A stretch of 64,000 bases of DNA from Octopus sinensis (taxonomy: Eukaryota): contig NC_043004.1 in NCBI RefSeq assembly GCF_006345805.1, forward strand, positions 107,205,307 through 107,269,306, written 5' to 3'. This document shows positions 53,031 through 64,000 of this stretch, in pieces; the stretch's first letter is position 1, and every line of letters starts with the position of its first letter. The position numbers and the translations under genes are program-made. The notes under the pieces were generated by a model. That model was not told where the DNA came from and did not search any database. It saw only the letters and a list, made by a program, of their open reading frames with translations.

Positions 53031-54646
53031 TTGTTTTTATCTTGGGAGGGTCATTATGCCAATAATAAACACACTCACTGGTTCTATTTCACTGACCCTC
53101 TAAAGATACTACAAAATCTGTTTCAATACACAAATTCGCATCAGAGATCTTACAATCTGTTATATCTTTACACCTCCAATATCGTAGTATGGTTGACATT
53201 GCTGATGATCGATAAAGAATATACCGTAACAGTGTTATAACAATACAAAATAGAAACAGTGGCAGTAACAAACACGTAACAAACCAATAATCTTTTACGA
53301 ACCAACAATCAATATTTCCAACACACTAACTCGAACTGTGAACTATACCTCTTTTCCGAAGACCAAACTATGAACTGCTGACTACATCAGACCACTACTA
53401 TTTATATGTAGTAGTACCATCTATTCTCATCAGAGGGTATCATACTCTCACCTCAACATCTCATCTTTTGAGATTTTGAGTTCGGGAAGAATGAAGAAAT
53501 TTTATTTATCATTATTATTTTTTAGTACCTTTTCGCTTGGGTTTTATCTCGTGTTTCTCCTAGAAATGTGATGTCTGTACACATTTTGCCCTTAAAATGT
53601 AATTTATCACCTGTCATGCCATGCACAATTTTCACTGTTTCCTGATTTTTCTCCATGTATCCACATTTATGATTGAAATATCATTATCCATATCCAACTG
53701 TAGTTTAATATTTACACCATATATTTTTACATGTACGAATGTTTCTTGTTTTTGTGTGGTATTCACTTTCTGCTGAAAACTCCTTAGAACTTTTTGCGTT
53801 CGACCCTTGTAATTTTGTCCTGCATGTGAGCTCTTGTGACCTAGTTTCTGGCAACTTTAGCATTTTTGGTTTTTAAATGGATTCTCTTTTCTGAAGTGTA
53901 GGCCTCCATATCCGTAATATGGATTGAGGCCTGGTACTTTTTTTTGGTTGTACTCTCTGGGTCGACACATCTGTATTTTTATGGAATCTATCTCTTGAAT
54001 TTTTTTCATGTTGTGCTTCAGGTTTACCATTGTTTTACATTCTTCTGCAATGATCTGTGGAATTAAGGCCTGGTTTGCTTGCTGCATTTTTGAGAGAATC
54101 CTTGCCCGAATTTCCCTGTCTTTGGTTGCTGTAAGGCCTTGTACAAAAATAAGGGATTTAAACATATCCTGAGTGAGGTCCTGTAGCTTGAAAGTTTTCA
54201 CACATACATTCTACTATTCTGGCAGGTGTAATAAAGTGATCATCATCATTTTTTGTTAAGTTCCAACACTCCATTTGAGTGTTAAATAATGAACTTTTGT
54301 CACAAAATCTTTTATAGTAATTTAATAGTTTCTTGGAAAGTAATCTCACTCAACTTTTTGGGCAATATAAAGTTACAGTAGCATTCATGCTCGGCCAGAG
54401 CTACCTTGCATAGTAATAACCCTGCATAGTACAAACCTTGCTTTCTCTTCATCTGACCATGACTTGCAATCTTTGTTAAAAATTTCCTAGTACCTTCCAT
54501 TGTACACAGGCAACGTAATACCCTCCTCCAGATTATAAGTGAATTTAGAATTCAAGTTTGCCACACCATCTGGCATAAATGAATTTACTGAATTTTCAGA
54601 CTTCCTTGATTGTAACCCAATTAACTATTGATGTTGTAATATTTGT
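53031..54646 (-). mobile_element. Ty3/Gypsy gag-protease fragment with LTR-like 3' sequence
   Basis: ORFs 54312-54500 (EHECYCNFILPKKLSEITFQETI) and 53857-54201 (FKLQDLTQDMFKSLIFVQGL), a degenerate CCHC knuckle (CQKLGHKSSH) and protease-like KLQLDMDNDISIIN. No RT or integrase. Confidence 0.75.
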
Positions 54647-55140
54647 TAAAACTCTTTTTGTTATTTTCATAACTTGGGCTGTCAATCTGATTCCTCTGCA
54701 GTTGCTTCTTTCTGGAGTATATCCTCTGCCATTATGGCAGTTGATGATTATATTACAATGACACCATTCTCGATTACTAGGTTGACTATGTGAGTAACTA
54801 GCTTGAACTCTCCTTTGCCAACCTTTGCAGTGCTTCAGTACCTATCTCTGATAGACCAACTCTTTTCTGTGTCTTTATATTCGTTATAGCCATTTTGACC
54901 ATGTCACTGCTGTTGGGTTTATTTAGGAGTTCATTTTCTTTCCACACATTTTACTCTTGTAGTAACATTACTAGACCTCTTTCTTCCCAGTATCGGTGAG
55001 GACCACAGTCATTTTGAACAAACTTTTCTCCAGAAGCACTTTGAGTCACTCTAATTTATAATCCTGAACATCTCTTGCTTCTGATCTTTTCAACACATGA
55101 TACAAGCAAACCTCTGGATTTTAGCTTCTCTCTATGCTGA
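54647..55140 (-). mobile_element. RTEX LINE RT, N-terminal part
   Basis: Reads VKMAITNIKTQKRVG..LVTHIVNLVIENGV..RSNCRGIRLTAQVMKITKRVL. Confidence 0.7.
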
Positions 55141-56414
55141 ATCCAACATTTAACTTGTATTCTACCTACTTGACTAGCAAGCTTACTTGCTATGCCAAAC
55201 TCAATGCAACTAATAATGACTAATCAACAAATTTTATTAATTTTATTAAACATTGTTTAACTTCAATCCTTTGTTCTTTTTGAAAACATGCAAACTTAAA
55301 TCATAAAATATAGAATTATGCAACTAATCCCCACTCCCTAAAATTACTGGCCTTGTGCCAAAACTTGAAACCATTTTTATTACTATTATCTTAATGCAAT
55401 TTATTGTGATATTACTATCTGGTTTATCAGGGTGGTACAGACGGTAACATGCTGAGTAGTAATTAATTTCATTGGTTAATGGCCAAGCTCAAATTCTGCT
55501 TGTTAGCTTTGACATTACATTTTATCCCACTGTTGGTCTGCAGGAAATATTTACTATATTCAGTTCAATAGACTATAGCTGCCCAACAGATCATCTGTGT
55601 GTGTGTGTGTGAGTGTACAAATTATATTATGCAATAGAAATTTATACAGGGTCAAGGGGTCACCAACTGACCTGGTACAACAAAACCCAAGTAACAGGAT
55701 GGGCAGAGATGGCAACAACTTCACTTTTCAATTAGTATATAGGATTTTGTTCTTTACTGTCCATTTTCTTTCTTTCTTTCTAGGTTTGTCTTTTAGTATA
55801 ATACTATTCATCTCATTTGAACCAGGGTTCTGGTCTATATTTCTCAGCAAGGTAACTCAAAGAAACTTATGGTCTTTCTCTTTTTTACAGGTTTTCACCA
55901 ATTCCATTTTTTCCATCATATGCCTCACCTTGGATAGAACGCCTTGCTGTATTTGTTCTGGCTCTCTGCATTCTGAGTTCAAACTCACTGTGGTTTATTT
56001 TGTATATTGTCCTTTCAAATTTGATAAATAAAATACCAGTCCCCTATTTGTGGATAAGATTCTTGGCTCTTTCTTGTTTTCTTTCTGGAAGAAACCCACT
56101 GTGTTCTGACCTGGAATGGGATGGGCTCTGCCAAGTTTAAAAGGTCTAAGACACAAAAACACCACAAGTACTTCATAAAGTGGTGAGGGTACCTTGAAGG
56201 TACAAGGAATGAGGCACACACACTCACATCTTTTAAATTTGTTTACAGGAAACATTTTGAATATGCAAATAAAGTTCCTATTCCATTATTCCATTATGCT
56301 AGCTACAGTCTAATGAGGCTGACAGGTTGGGTTGCACTGAGCTGTTATTATTACTATATATATTTATATATATATATATATTATCAATAATAATAAAGGG
56401 TAAAATTAATTAAT

Positions 56415-56680
56415 CAATTATGTGCCAGTGGCACGTAAAAAGCACCATCCGATCGTGGCCGTTTGCCAGCCTCATCTGGCACCTGTGCAGGTGGCACATA
56501 AAAAGCACCCACTACACTCTCGGAGTGGTTGGCGTTAGGAAGGGCATCCAGCTGTAGAAACACTGCCAGATGAGACTGGGCCTGGCGCAGCCTCCTGGCT
56601 TCCCAGACCCCAGTTGAACCGTCCAACCCATGCTAGCATGGAAAACGGACGTTAAACGATGATGATGATGATGATGAATT
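56415..56680 (+). mobile_element. RTE/RTEX 3' end, well preserved
   Basis: ggcacgtaaaaagcacc..gacgttaaacgatgatgatg, apparently inserted in an aatt-rich site. Confidence 0.82.
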
Positions 56681-56764
56681 AATAATTAATAATTTTACCA
56701 AGTAGTTCGGTATGTTAAATGAACCCTTATCAGTAACCTTATACAAAAATTCTATAATTATAAG

Positions 56765-57048
56765 CATAATTATAATTAGGGTTCAGCAAAAATGGCTTCA
56801 CCACGTACCGAAATTTAGAAATAGCAGTTAAATATTATTCCACTACTATAAGATATCTCTCAGACAGTAATACTCTCAACTCATGCAGGTAAAGCTGGGT
56901 GGATTCGATATTTTTTCTCTTTACCTGTGTGAGTTGAGAGTATTACTGTCTGGGGGATATCTTATGGTAGTGGAATAGTATTTAACTGCTATTTCTAAAT
57001 TTCGGTATGTGGTGAAGCAAATTCTGCTGAACCTTAATTATAATTATG
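56765..57048. mobile_element. Fold-back MITE-like element, 130-bp arms, 24-nt loop
   Basis: Arms 56765-56894 and 56919-57048 differ at 11 positions with no indels (manual count). Confidence 0.85.
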
Positions 57049-57084
57049 GAATTAAAAAATTTTCTTTTTATATATATACATGTT

Positions 57085-57410
57085 TAGAGCACTCCATCGG
57101 TTACGAAGATGAGGGTCCCAGTTGATCCGATCAATGGAACAGCTTGCTCATGAAATTAACGTGCAAGTGGCTGAGCAATCCACAGACACGTGTACCCTTG
57201 ATATAGTTTGCAAGGAGAATCAGCGTGACACAAAGTGTGACAAGGCTGGCCTTTTGAAATACAAGTACGCCTCATTTTTGCCAGCTGAGTAGACTGGACC
57301 AACGTGAAATAAAGTGTCTTGCTCAAGGACACAATGCGTCAGTGAGAATCGAACTCACAACCTTATGATCATGAGGTGAATGCCTTAACCACTAAGCCAC
57401 ACGCCCTCAC
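57085..57410 (-). mobile_element. Family C SINE
   Basis: Reverse-complement homolog of 50381-50706. Confidence 0.8.
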
Positions 57411-57435
57411 AATATATATATATATGTATATATAT

Positions 57436-57475
<40 letters not shown>

Positions 57476-57804
57476 GTAGGTCCCGGGTTGAGTCGGGGTT
57501 AACCACAGTAAATAAGGTACTCAATACATAGCAGAGTAAATTAATTTATTTTATAGAAGGATCTTCTACAGGACTAGAACTGTTTCATTCAAATGAAATC
57601 ATCAGGAAATATATATACATATGTATATATGTATATATACATATAAGGTAAAATTGGACAGAACTTATGGGATGACCTGATATATATATATAATATATAA
57701 TATATACATGTGTATGTGTGTGTGTACATATCTCTCTCTCTCTATATATATATATACATACATTGATATACACATACATACATACATATATGCATATATA
57801 TATA

Positions 57805-57863
<59 letters not shown>

Positions 57864-58076
57864 CATATATATATATACATACATATATGCATATATATAT
57901 ATATATATATATATACATAATGGGCTTTCACACAGTTTCCACCAACCAAATTAACTTACAGTTCAGTGCTATGGTAGAAGGTATTTGCCAAAAATGCCAT
58001 GCAATGGGACTTAATCCAAGATCACATGCTTGGGAAATCAACTACACAGCCATGTCAGCATGCCAGTTTCTGTCTT

Positions 58077-58124
<48 letters not shown>

Positions 58125-58492
58125 CATATACATACATATATATATGTATATATAAATACATATATATACATGCATATATATGCTTCTATGCATGTGTGTG
58201 TGTATGTGTGTGTATGCAGATCTATGCCAATGTGTTATTAGAAATATTTAACCTCCACTGTATGTCTTTTGCTTTGTTTGCATACCCATCTGTATGTGTG
58301 TGTATATATACATACACACACACACATACATATACATATATCCATATGTACACACACACAAATATGTATTTATGCATATATATATATATGTATTTATGTA
58401 TATATATATATATATATATATATGCATATGCATATAAATGTATGAATACATACATACATACATACATACATACATACATACATACATACTAC

Positions 58493-58545
<53 letters not shown>
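57411..58545. repeat. Compound (TA)n/(CA)n/(TACA)n low-complexity tract with embedded repeat fragments
   Basis: Directly visible. Includes a mariner-TIR-like piece near 57650-57685 and a SINE head near 57920-58060. Confidence 0.9.
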
Positions 58546-58546
<1 letters not shown>

Positions 58547-58870
58547 TATTAACTGTAAATATTAGCTATAAAACATAAAAAAGAGAATGCATTCCAGTTG
58601 ATTATAAAAATGCAAATTGAATGCATATGGAATTCCGTAAGTGATTACTATTTTGACGTTAGGTGCAATTCCTGTTGCCTTTCAATATAAATATAAATAT
58701 ACTAATGTATAGCACTATTAATTCCATGAAGCATGAGTTTAGTTCCAGAATTAATTAATTAATTATAATAGTATGAAAGCGGAAAAGTATTCTGCCTTTA
58801 TTAAATGTTATTTCAAAGATTGTGCCAAATTTATTATATGGGAATGTATATATATATAATCAATTGCATG

Positions 58871-58901
<31 letters not shown>

Positions 58902-59072
58902 TGCTTGTCTATGCAAATACAATTATAAAAGATACACTGATTGTATCTTTTATTTATTACTTGTTTCATTCATTAAAGTCTGACCATACTGGGGCACTGC
59001 CTTGAAGTGAAGTGTTTTTGTCAAACAAACCAGCCCCAGTCCTACACACACACACATATATATATACATATA

Positions 59073-59103
<31 letters not shown>

Positions 59104-59357
59104 CATACACACACACATATATATGTATGTATGTGTATATATAAATGTGTATACACACACACACACACATGTATACATTTATGCACAACATGCTTCTTTC
59201 AGTTTCCATCTATCAAATCCACTCGCGAAGCTTTGGTTGGCTCGAGACCATAGTAGAAGACACTTGCTGAAGGTACCACGCAGTGGGACTGAGCTAGGAA
59301 CCATGCAGTAGGAAGCAAGCTACCACATACCACACAGCCATATGTATATATATATAT

Positions 59358-60050
59358 CATTATCATCATCGTTTAATGTCCGCTTTCCATGCTAGCATGG
59401 GTTGGACGACATGACTGAGGACAGGCGAACCAGATGGCTGCACCAGATGGCAAGGTTTCTACAGCTAGATACCCTTCCTAACACTAACCACTCTGAGAGT
59501 GTAGTGGGTGCTTTTATGTGCCACCGGCACGAGGGCCAGTTAGGCGGTACTGGCTACGGGCATGCTCAAATGGTGTTTTTTATGTGCCACCTGCACAGGA
59601 GCCAGTCCAGTGGCACTGGCAACGATCTCACTCAAATGTTTTTCCACGTGCCACCGGAACAAGTACCAGTAAGGTGACGCTGGTAACGATCACGCTCGCA
59701 TGGTGCTACGGAAGCCAGTTAGCTGCTCTGGCAACGATCACACTCGGATGGTGCTCTTAGCACTCCACTAGCACAGATGCCAGTCATCAAATTTGATTTC
59801 AATTTCGATTTCACTCGCCTCAACAGGTCTTCGCAATCAGAGTTTAGTGTCCAATGAAGGAAAGATACGCATAAGTAGGCTGGTTACTCCCCTGGCATAG
59901 GCCATGAGGTTATGGTCTCACTTGGCTTGCTGGTTTTCTCATGCACAGCATATTTCCAAATGTTCGAAGGTCGTGCTTCACCACTTCATCCCAGTTCTTC
60001 ATGGGTCTACCTCTTCCACAGGTTCCCTCAACCGCTAGGGTATGGCATTT
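59358..60050 (-). mobile_element. 5'-truncated RTEX-like LINE
   Basis: VEGTCGRGRPMKNWDEVVKHDLR, then a modular 3'UTR and tail. Confidence 0.82.
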
Positions 60051-60699
60051 TTTCACACATACACATATAGACACACACAAGTTAGCATGAGTTTTGTGTG
60101 TGTGCATGCGAGCGCTCGTGTGTGTATGTGTTTGTTTGTCCCTCACTCAGTGCTTGACAACAGGTGTTGGTTTGTCTATATCCCCATAAATTAGCCTGTT
60201 TGGCAAAAGAGCCTACTAGTATAAGTACAATACTTACAAATACGGGTCAGTTAGTTCAAAACGGTGCTCCAGCATGGCCACAGTCTAATGACTGAAACAA
60301 GTGAAAGATAAGAGAGGAAGGTTTCCTTGATAGTTACGAAACTGCAGATTTCTAATAGATGAGAATTGAGATGATCCGATGTTCCTGCTTTATCAAAGTA
60401 ATCGGGATTTAAGTCAAGGGGAACAGCTGCAATCAGGAATTGAAACCATCCACTGAACCTTACATTAGTGTTCCATTGTTTTGCTTTGAATTTCTTCAGT
60501 TATTCATTTTGTCTTGCATCCTTTGGGGATTGGTAAAATGGATAAGCTTCATGGTGAAAAGAAAGAAAGAAAGAAAGAAAAAGAGGGAGAAAGAAAGAAA
60601 AAACTCGCTCAATTTCTGTGAAAATAATGACGCTTGTTATATATATATGTAAAACGCATGACATCTCCTTTAATAATAATAATAATATGGAGCGTATTG

Positions 60700-61044
60700 T
60701 AAGGCGGCGAGCTGGCAGAAACGTTAGCACGTCGGGCGAAATGCGTAGCCGTATTTCGTCTGCCGTTACGTTCTGAGGTCGATTAAATAAGTACCAGTTA
60801 CGCACTGGGGTCAATATAATCGACTTAATCCGTTTGTCTGTCCTTGTTTGTCTCCTCTGTGTGTAGCCCCTTGTGGGTAGTAAAGAAATAGGTATTTCGT
60901 CTGCCACTACGTTCTGAGTTCAAATTTCGCCTTTCATCTTTTGGAGTCGATGAATTAAGTACCAGTTGCATATTAGGGTCGACATAATCGACTGGCTCCT
61001 TACCCCAAAATTCGGGCCTTGTGCCTCGAGTAGAAATGAATATT
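60700..61044 (+). mobile_element. Dimeric family B SINE
   Basis: A full head and monomer are followed by a second, headless monomer restarting at gtatttcgtctgcc with a different tail. Confidence 0.78.
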
Positions 61045-61574
61045 GAAAAGCAGTGTTTATAGCTCAAGGGAGATAATTCGTAAAAATAAGAAAACGTTTT
61101 GATGGGATTTTAGCAATTTAGGTTTTAGGAGGAACTTTTCTGTGATTCTCTGACAACATCGTTTCGGAAAATAAAATAATAATAATGATAATAAAAAAAC
61201 CGGTAAGACAACAAAGAAGTCTCTATGTGTTTGTTCGACCAGTTAGAAATAACAGCAAAAAATCTTTATATACCCTAACCCTATTATAAGGAAGAATACA
61301 GTGACGTATATATTGTCCATCTCTGGACAGGACATTAGTTTGTCAGAGGATTACTCATTTTTGTCAGGTGAGTGGACTGGAGCAATGTGAAATGAAATGT
61401 CTTGCTCAAGAACACAACACATCACCTGGTCCAGGAATCGAAACCGCAATCCTACGACCATGAGTGTAATATCCTAACCACTAACATGCGCCTCCACACA
61501 TACACACTCAAACACACACACACACACACACATACATACATACATACATACATACATACATACATACATACATA

Positions 61575-62063
61575 CCGTAAATCCTCGAGTATAATCCGCA
61601 TTTTCCCCAAAATTTAAAGGTCAAAATCCCTAGTGCGTATTATACACGAGATTAAAAATGAAAATTATTTTCTAAGCAATGTCCGAGTCTCTATTTGCTG
61701 TCTGGCAATGTTTATTCAGACGCATTTTGTGATGTCGGGCGCGAAAATACCTCAAGGTAAGCCTGAAAGCAACGAAGTCATAAAAGAATCATCCATAACT
61801 CGCAATAAGCAACATTTATTAAACGTTATTACTGTTATTTCTTTATTTTCTGCAAACAAAATGCTCAAAAAAGCTACACGTTTGCATTATGTTATATATA
61901 CAATAATAATAAAGGACGTTACCGTATACAGTTTTACAAACCAAGGACGTTATATAGAAGGGGTGCGTATTATACACAAGGTTTAGGTTTTTCAGAGGTA
62001 CAGCCCCCTAAAAATCCCCCTGCGTATTATACTCAAGGGCGGACTATACTCGAGGATTCACGG
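61575..62063. mobile_element. Tc1/pogo-type MITE in (TACA)n
   Basis: TA on both sides. TIR ccgtaaatcctcgagtataatccgc vs reverse complement ccgtgaatcctcgagtatagtccgc. Confidence 0.85.
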
Positions 62064-62147
62064 TACATACTTACATACATGCATACACACACACACACAT
62101 ACATACATACATACATACATACATACATACATACATACATACATACA

Positions 62148-62180
<33 letters not shown>

Positions 62181-62181
<1 letters not shown>

Positions 62182-62597
62182 CGTTGCCGGATTAAGATTC
62201 ATCGAGGCCCGCAGTACTTAAAAGATTTTGGTGCCTCCATAAAAGATTATGTAATTAAAAATATAAACAGTAACAAAGCATTCAATAAATTTTTATCTTT
62301 CAAAATGAGACAAAACAGTAAGAGGGAAAATATTGTTTATTTTTGCATATTTCCACTTAATTTATATTTGAAAAGTTTCCTCCTACTTTTCTGAATTGCA
62401 AAGTCTTTGATGAGATCCTCAAAATTAATCTTAGGTAACACATCTGCATCTATTCTTAGTAGAGATAAAGGCATCCTGAATATTATTTTAGCAAGTTTAA
62501 AGTGATTTCTTTTGTGCCGTAAACCATTTACCATTTCTGTGGTGCCCCCTCCTCCTTCCGTCGGTGCCCTTAGAACGTGCTTATTTTGCTTAATATA
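62181..62597 (-). mobile_element. hAT (Tip100/ZMYM1-like) deletion derivative
   Basis: LSLLRIDADVLPKINFEDLIKDFAIQKSRRKLF resembles the hAT C-terminal dimerisation tail; the end gccggattaag..gaggccc is hAT-like. Confidence 0.6.
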
Positions 62598-62783
62598 TAC
62601 ATACATTATACTCCCCAACACTTATATGTTGTTTCTGTTGCTAAAAACGTATCCTTACCCAATCTACCTGCTATTTATGATACTGGTGACTGATTAGTCA
62701 CTATTTCATCGGATATCAGGACGAAGTCTGGCTATCATACGATAATAGTGGATACCTGTGGTTGATGATGCAAACATGTAGAA

Positions 62784-62815
62784 ATCACGTGATCTAACTG
62801 TTTCCCCGCCATTTT
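62784..62815. promoter_or_regulatory. Candidate core promoter: palindromic E-box plus YY1-type motif
   Basis: ATCACGTGAT (62784-62793) and CCGCCATTTT (62806-62815) lie 12 bp apart in CpG-rich non-repeat sequence. Confidence 0.5.
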
Positions 62816-63089
62816 TCGTCTGCTACTGATACTTATGAAATATTCTTAGCACTATACATCTATACGAGATGCTTTCTCAAGTCAAATGCCACAGTATTTA
62901 ACGTTCTTACAGTATATCCACATGAAGTTTTATATATACATATATACCATCAGTTCATAATTGAAGAAAAGAAGCACGCTCTAAAAGGTAGAGCAGTAAT
63001 GTATTTATAGGAAGTTAAATACATGTCCGGTCATAGAGTGACCAATGGTTTCGCATTCATAAAGCGCTTAACTTAACAGACAGCTCACC

Positions 63090-64000
63090 AGACTCCACTG
63101 GTCGCTGGCATGTACCCGTTCTTGGAACTGGGGGTATGAAAACCGTTTCGGTCAGTTATTTTGTAAACAAAAGAATATTATACAGGCGCAGGAGTGACTG
63201 TGTGGTAAGTAGCTTGCTAACCAACCACATGGTTCCGGGTTCAGTCCCACTGCGTGGCATCTTGGGCAAGTGTCTTCTGCTATAGCCCCGGGCCGACCAA
63301 TGCCTTGTGAGTGGATTTGGTAGACGGAAACTGAAAGAAGCCTGTCGTATATGTATGTGTGCGTGTGTGTCTGTGTTTGTCCCCCTAGCCTTGCTTGACA
63401 ACCGATGCTAGTGTGTTTACGTCCCCGTCAGTTAGCGGTTCGGCAAAGAGACCGATAGAATAAGTACTGGGCTTACAAAGAATAAGTCCTGGGTCGATTT
63501 GCTCGACTAAAGGCGGTGCTCCAGCATGGCCGCAGTCAAATGACTGAAACAAGTAAAAAAATAAGAGTATACATTGTCTGAACTTTAAACGGGACGGGTT
63601 ATCGCCCTTCGATGGGTTTGGTCAGCAAATCTGATGGACCGAAAGGACAAATGAGGAATCTCCGTCCCGAGATTGGTTCCGGTCCGCAAATATTCTATAC
63701 AGCCCTAATCGACGAATGGGTAATACCACGCCTGCAGCAAGTAGCGCTGGAAATACAGGTAGAAACTATATATATCTCGTGTCTTGAATTCAAGAGAATT
63801 TTCGGGTCAATAGAGCCTTTAAGGATTCAATCCCGCTCTTCTATGCAAAACTTGCACAGATTTGCTGACCAAACCCATCTAAGGGCAACAACCTGTCCCG
63901 TTTATAGTATAATATTCTTTTGTTTACAAATTAACTGACCGAAACGGTTTTCTTACCCCCATTTCGAAGAGAGGGTATATGCCCGTGGCTATTGGAGCCT
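63090..64000. mobile_element. MITE-like element with long TIRs, left arm interrupted by a SINE; may run past the window end
   Basis: ggcatgtaccc..gaatattatac and ..ggtcagcaaatctg are mirrored by cagatttgctgacc..gggtatatgcc. Confidence 0.75.
63184..63567 (+). mobile_element. Family A SINE, intact and CpG-rich
   Basis: Full head, body, microsatellite and tail. TATAC lies on both sides (63179-63183 and 63568-63572). Confidence 0.9.

Noticed and set aside
55597-56255. ORFs of 144 and 86 aa and acceptor-like tracts
   Set aside because: T-rich composition explains them; no homology recognised and no matching donor pattern.
57585-58552. Long ORFs up to 221 aa rich in YI, CV and HT
   Set aside because: Translations of (TA)n, (GT)n and (CA)n microsatellites.

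Overview
AT-rich, microsatellite- and retroelement-dense animal DNA. The SINE and LINE families look like those of Octopus or another coleoid cephalopod; this is recognition from memory, not a database result. The only host coding sequence I can support is a 99-bp first coding exon of a Rho-associated kinase (ROCK/Rok) on the minus strand (35628-35726). I found no exon 2, so 1-35627 appears to be one intron of at least 35.6 kb. CpG-rich, promoter-like zones lie at about 30-38.4 kb and 60.3-64 kb; the second has an E-box plus YY1-type motif at 62784-62815. The CpG-poor block between them has no recognisable exon. The rest is decayed transposons: RTE/RTEX and CR1-like LINE pieces, several modular tRNA-derived SINE families, Tc1, mariner, maT and hAT relics, hairpin MITEs and a Ty3/Gypsy gag-protease fragment. 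The most unusual structures are an RTE LINE with a twin-priming-type 5' inversion, a Gypsy fragment sitting inside a collinear RTEX reverse transcriptase, a TTAA MITE inserted in reverse into a copy of itself, and a 130-bp hairpin whose mismatches are mostly G-U-compatible on one strand. I see no intact transposase or RT, no true tRNA or rRNA gene, no CRISPR array, and no demonstrable new biological system. Repeat boundaries are approximate and were read by eye.
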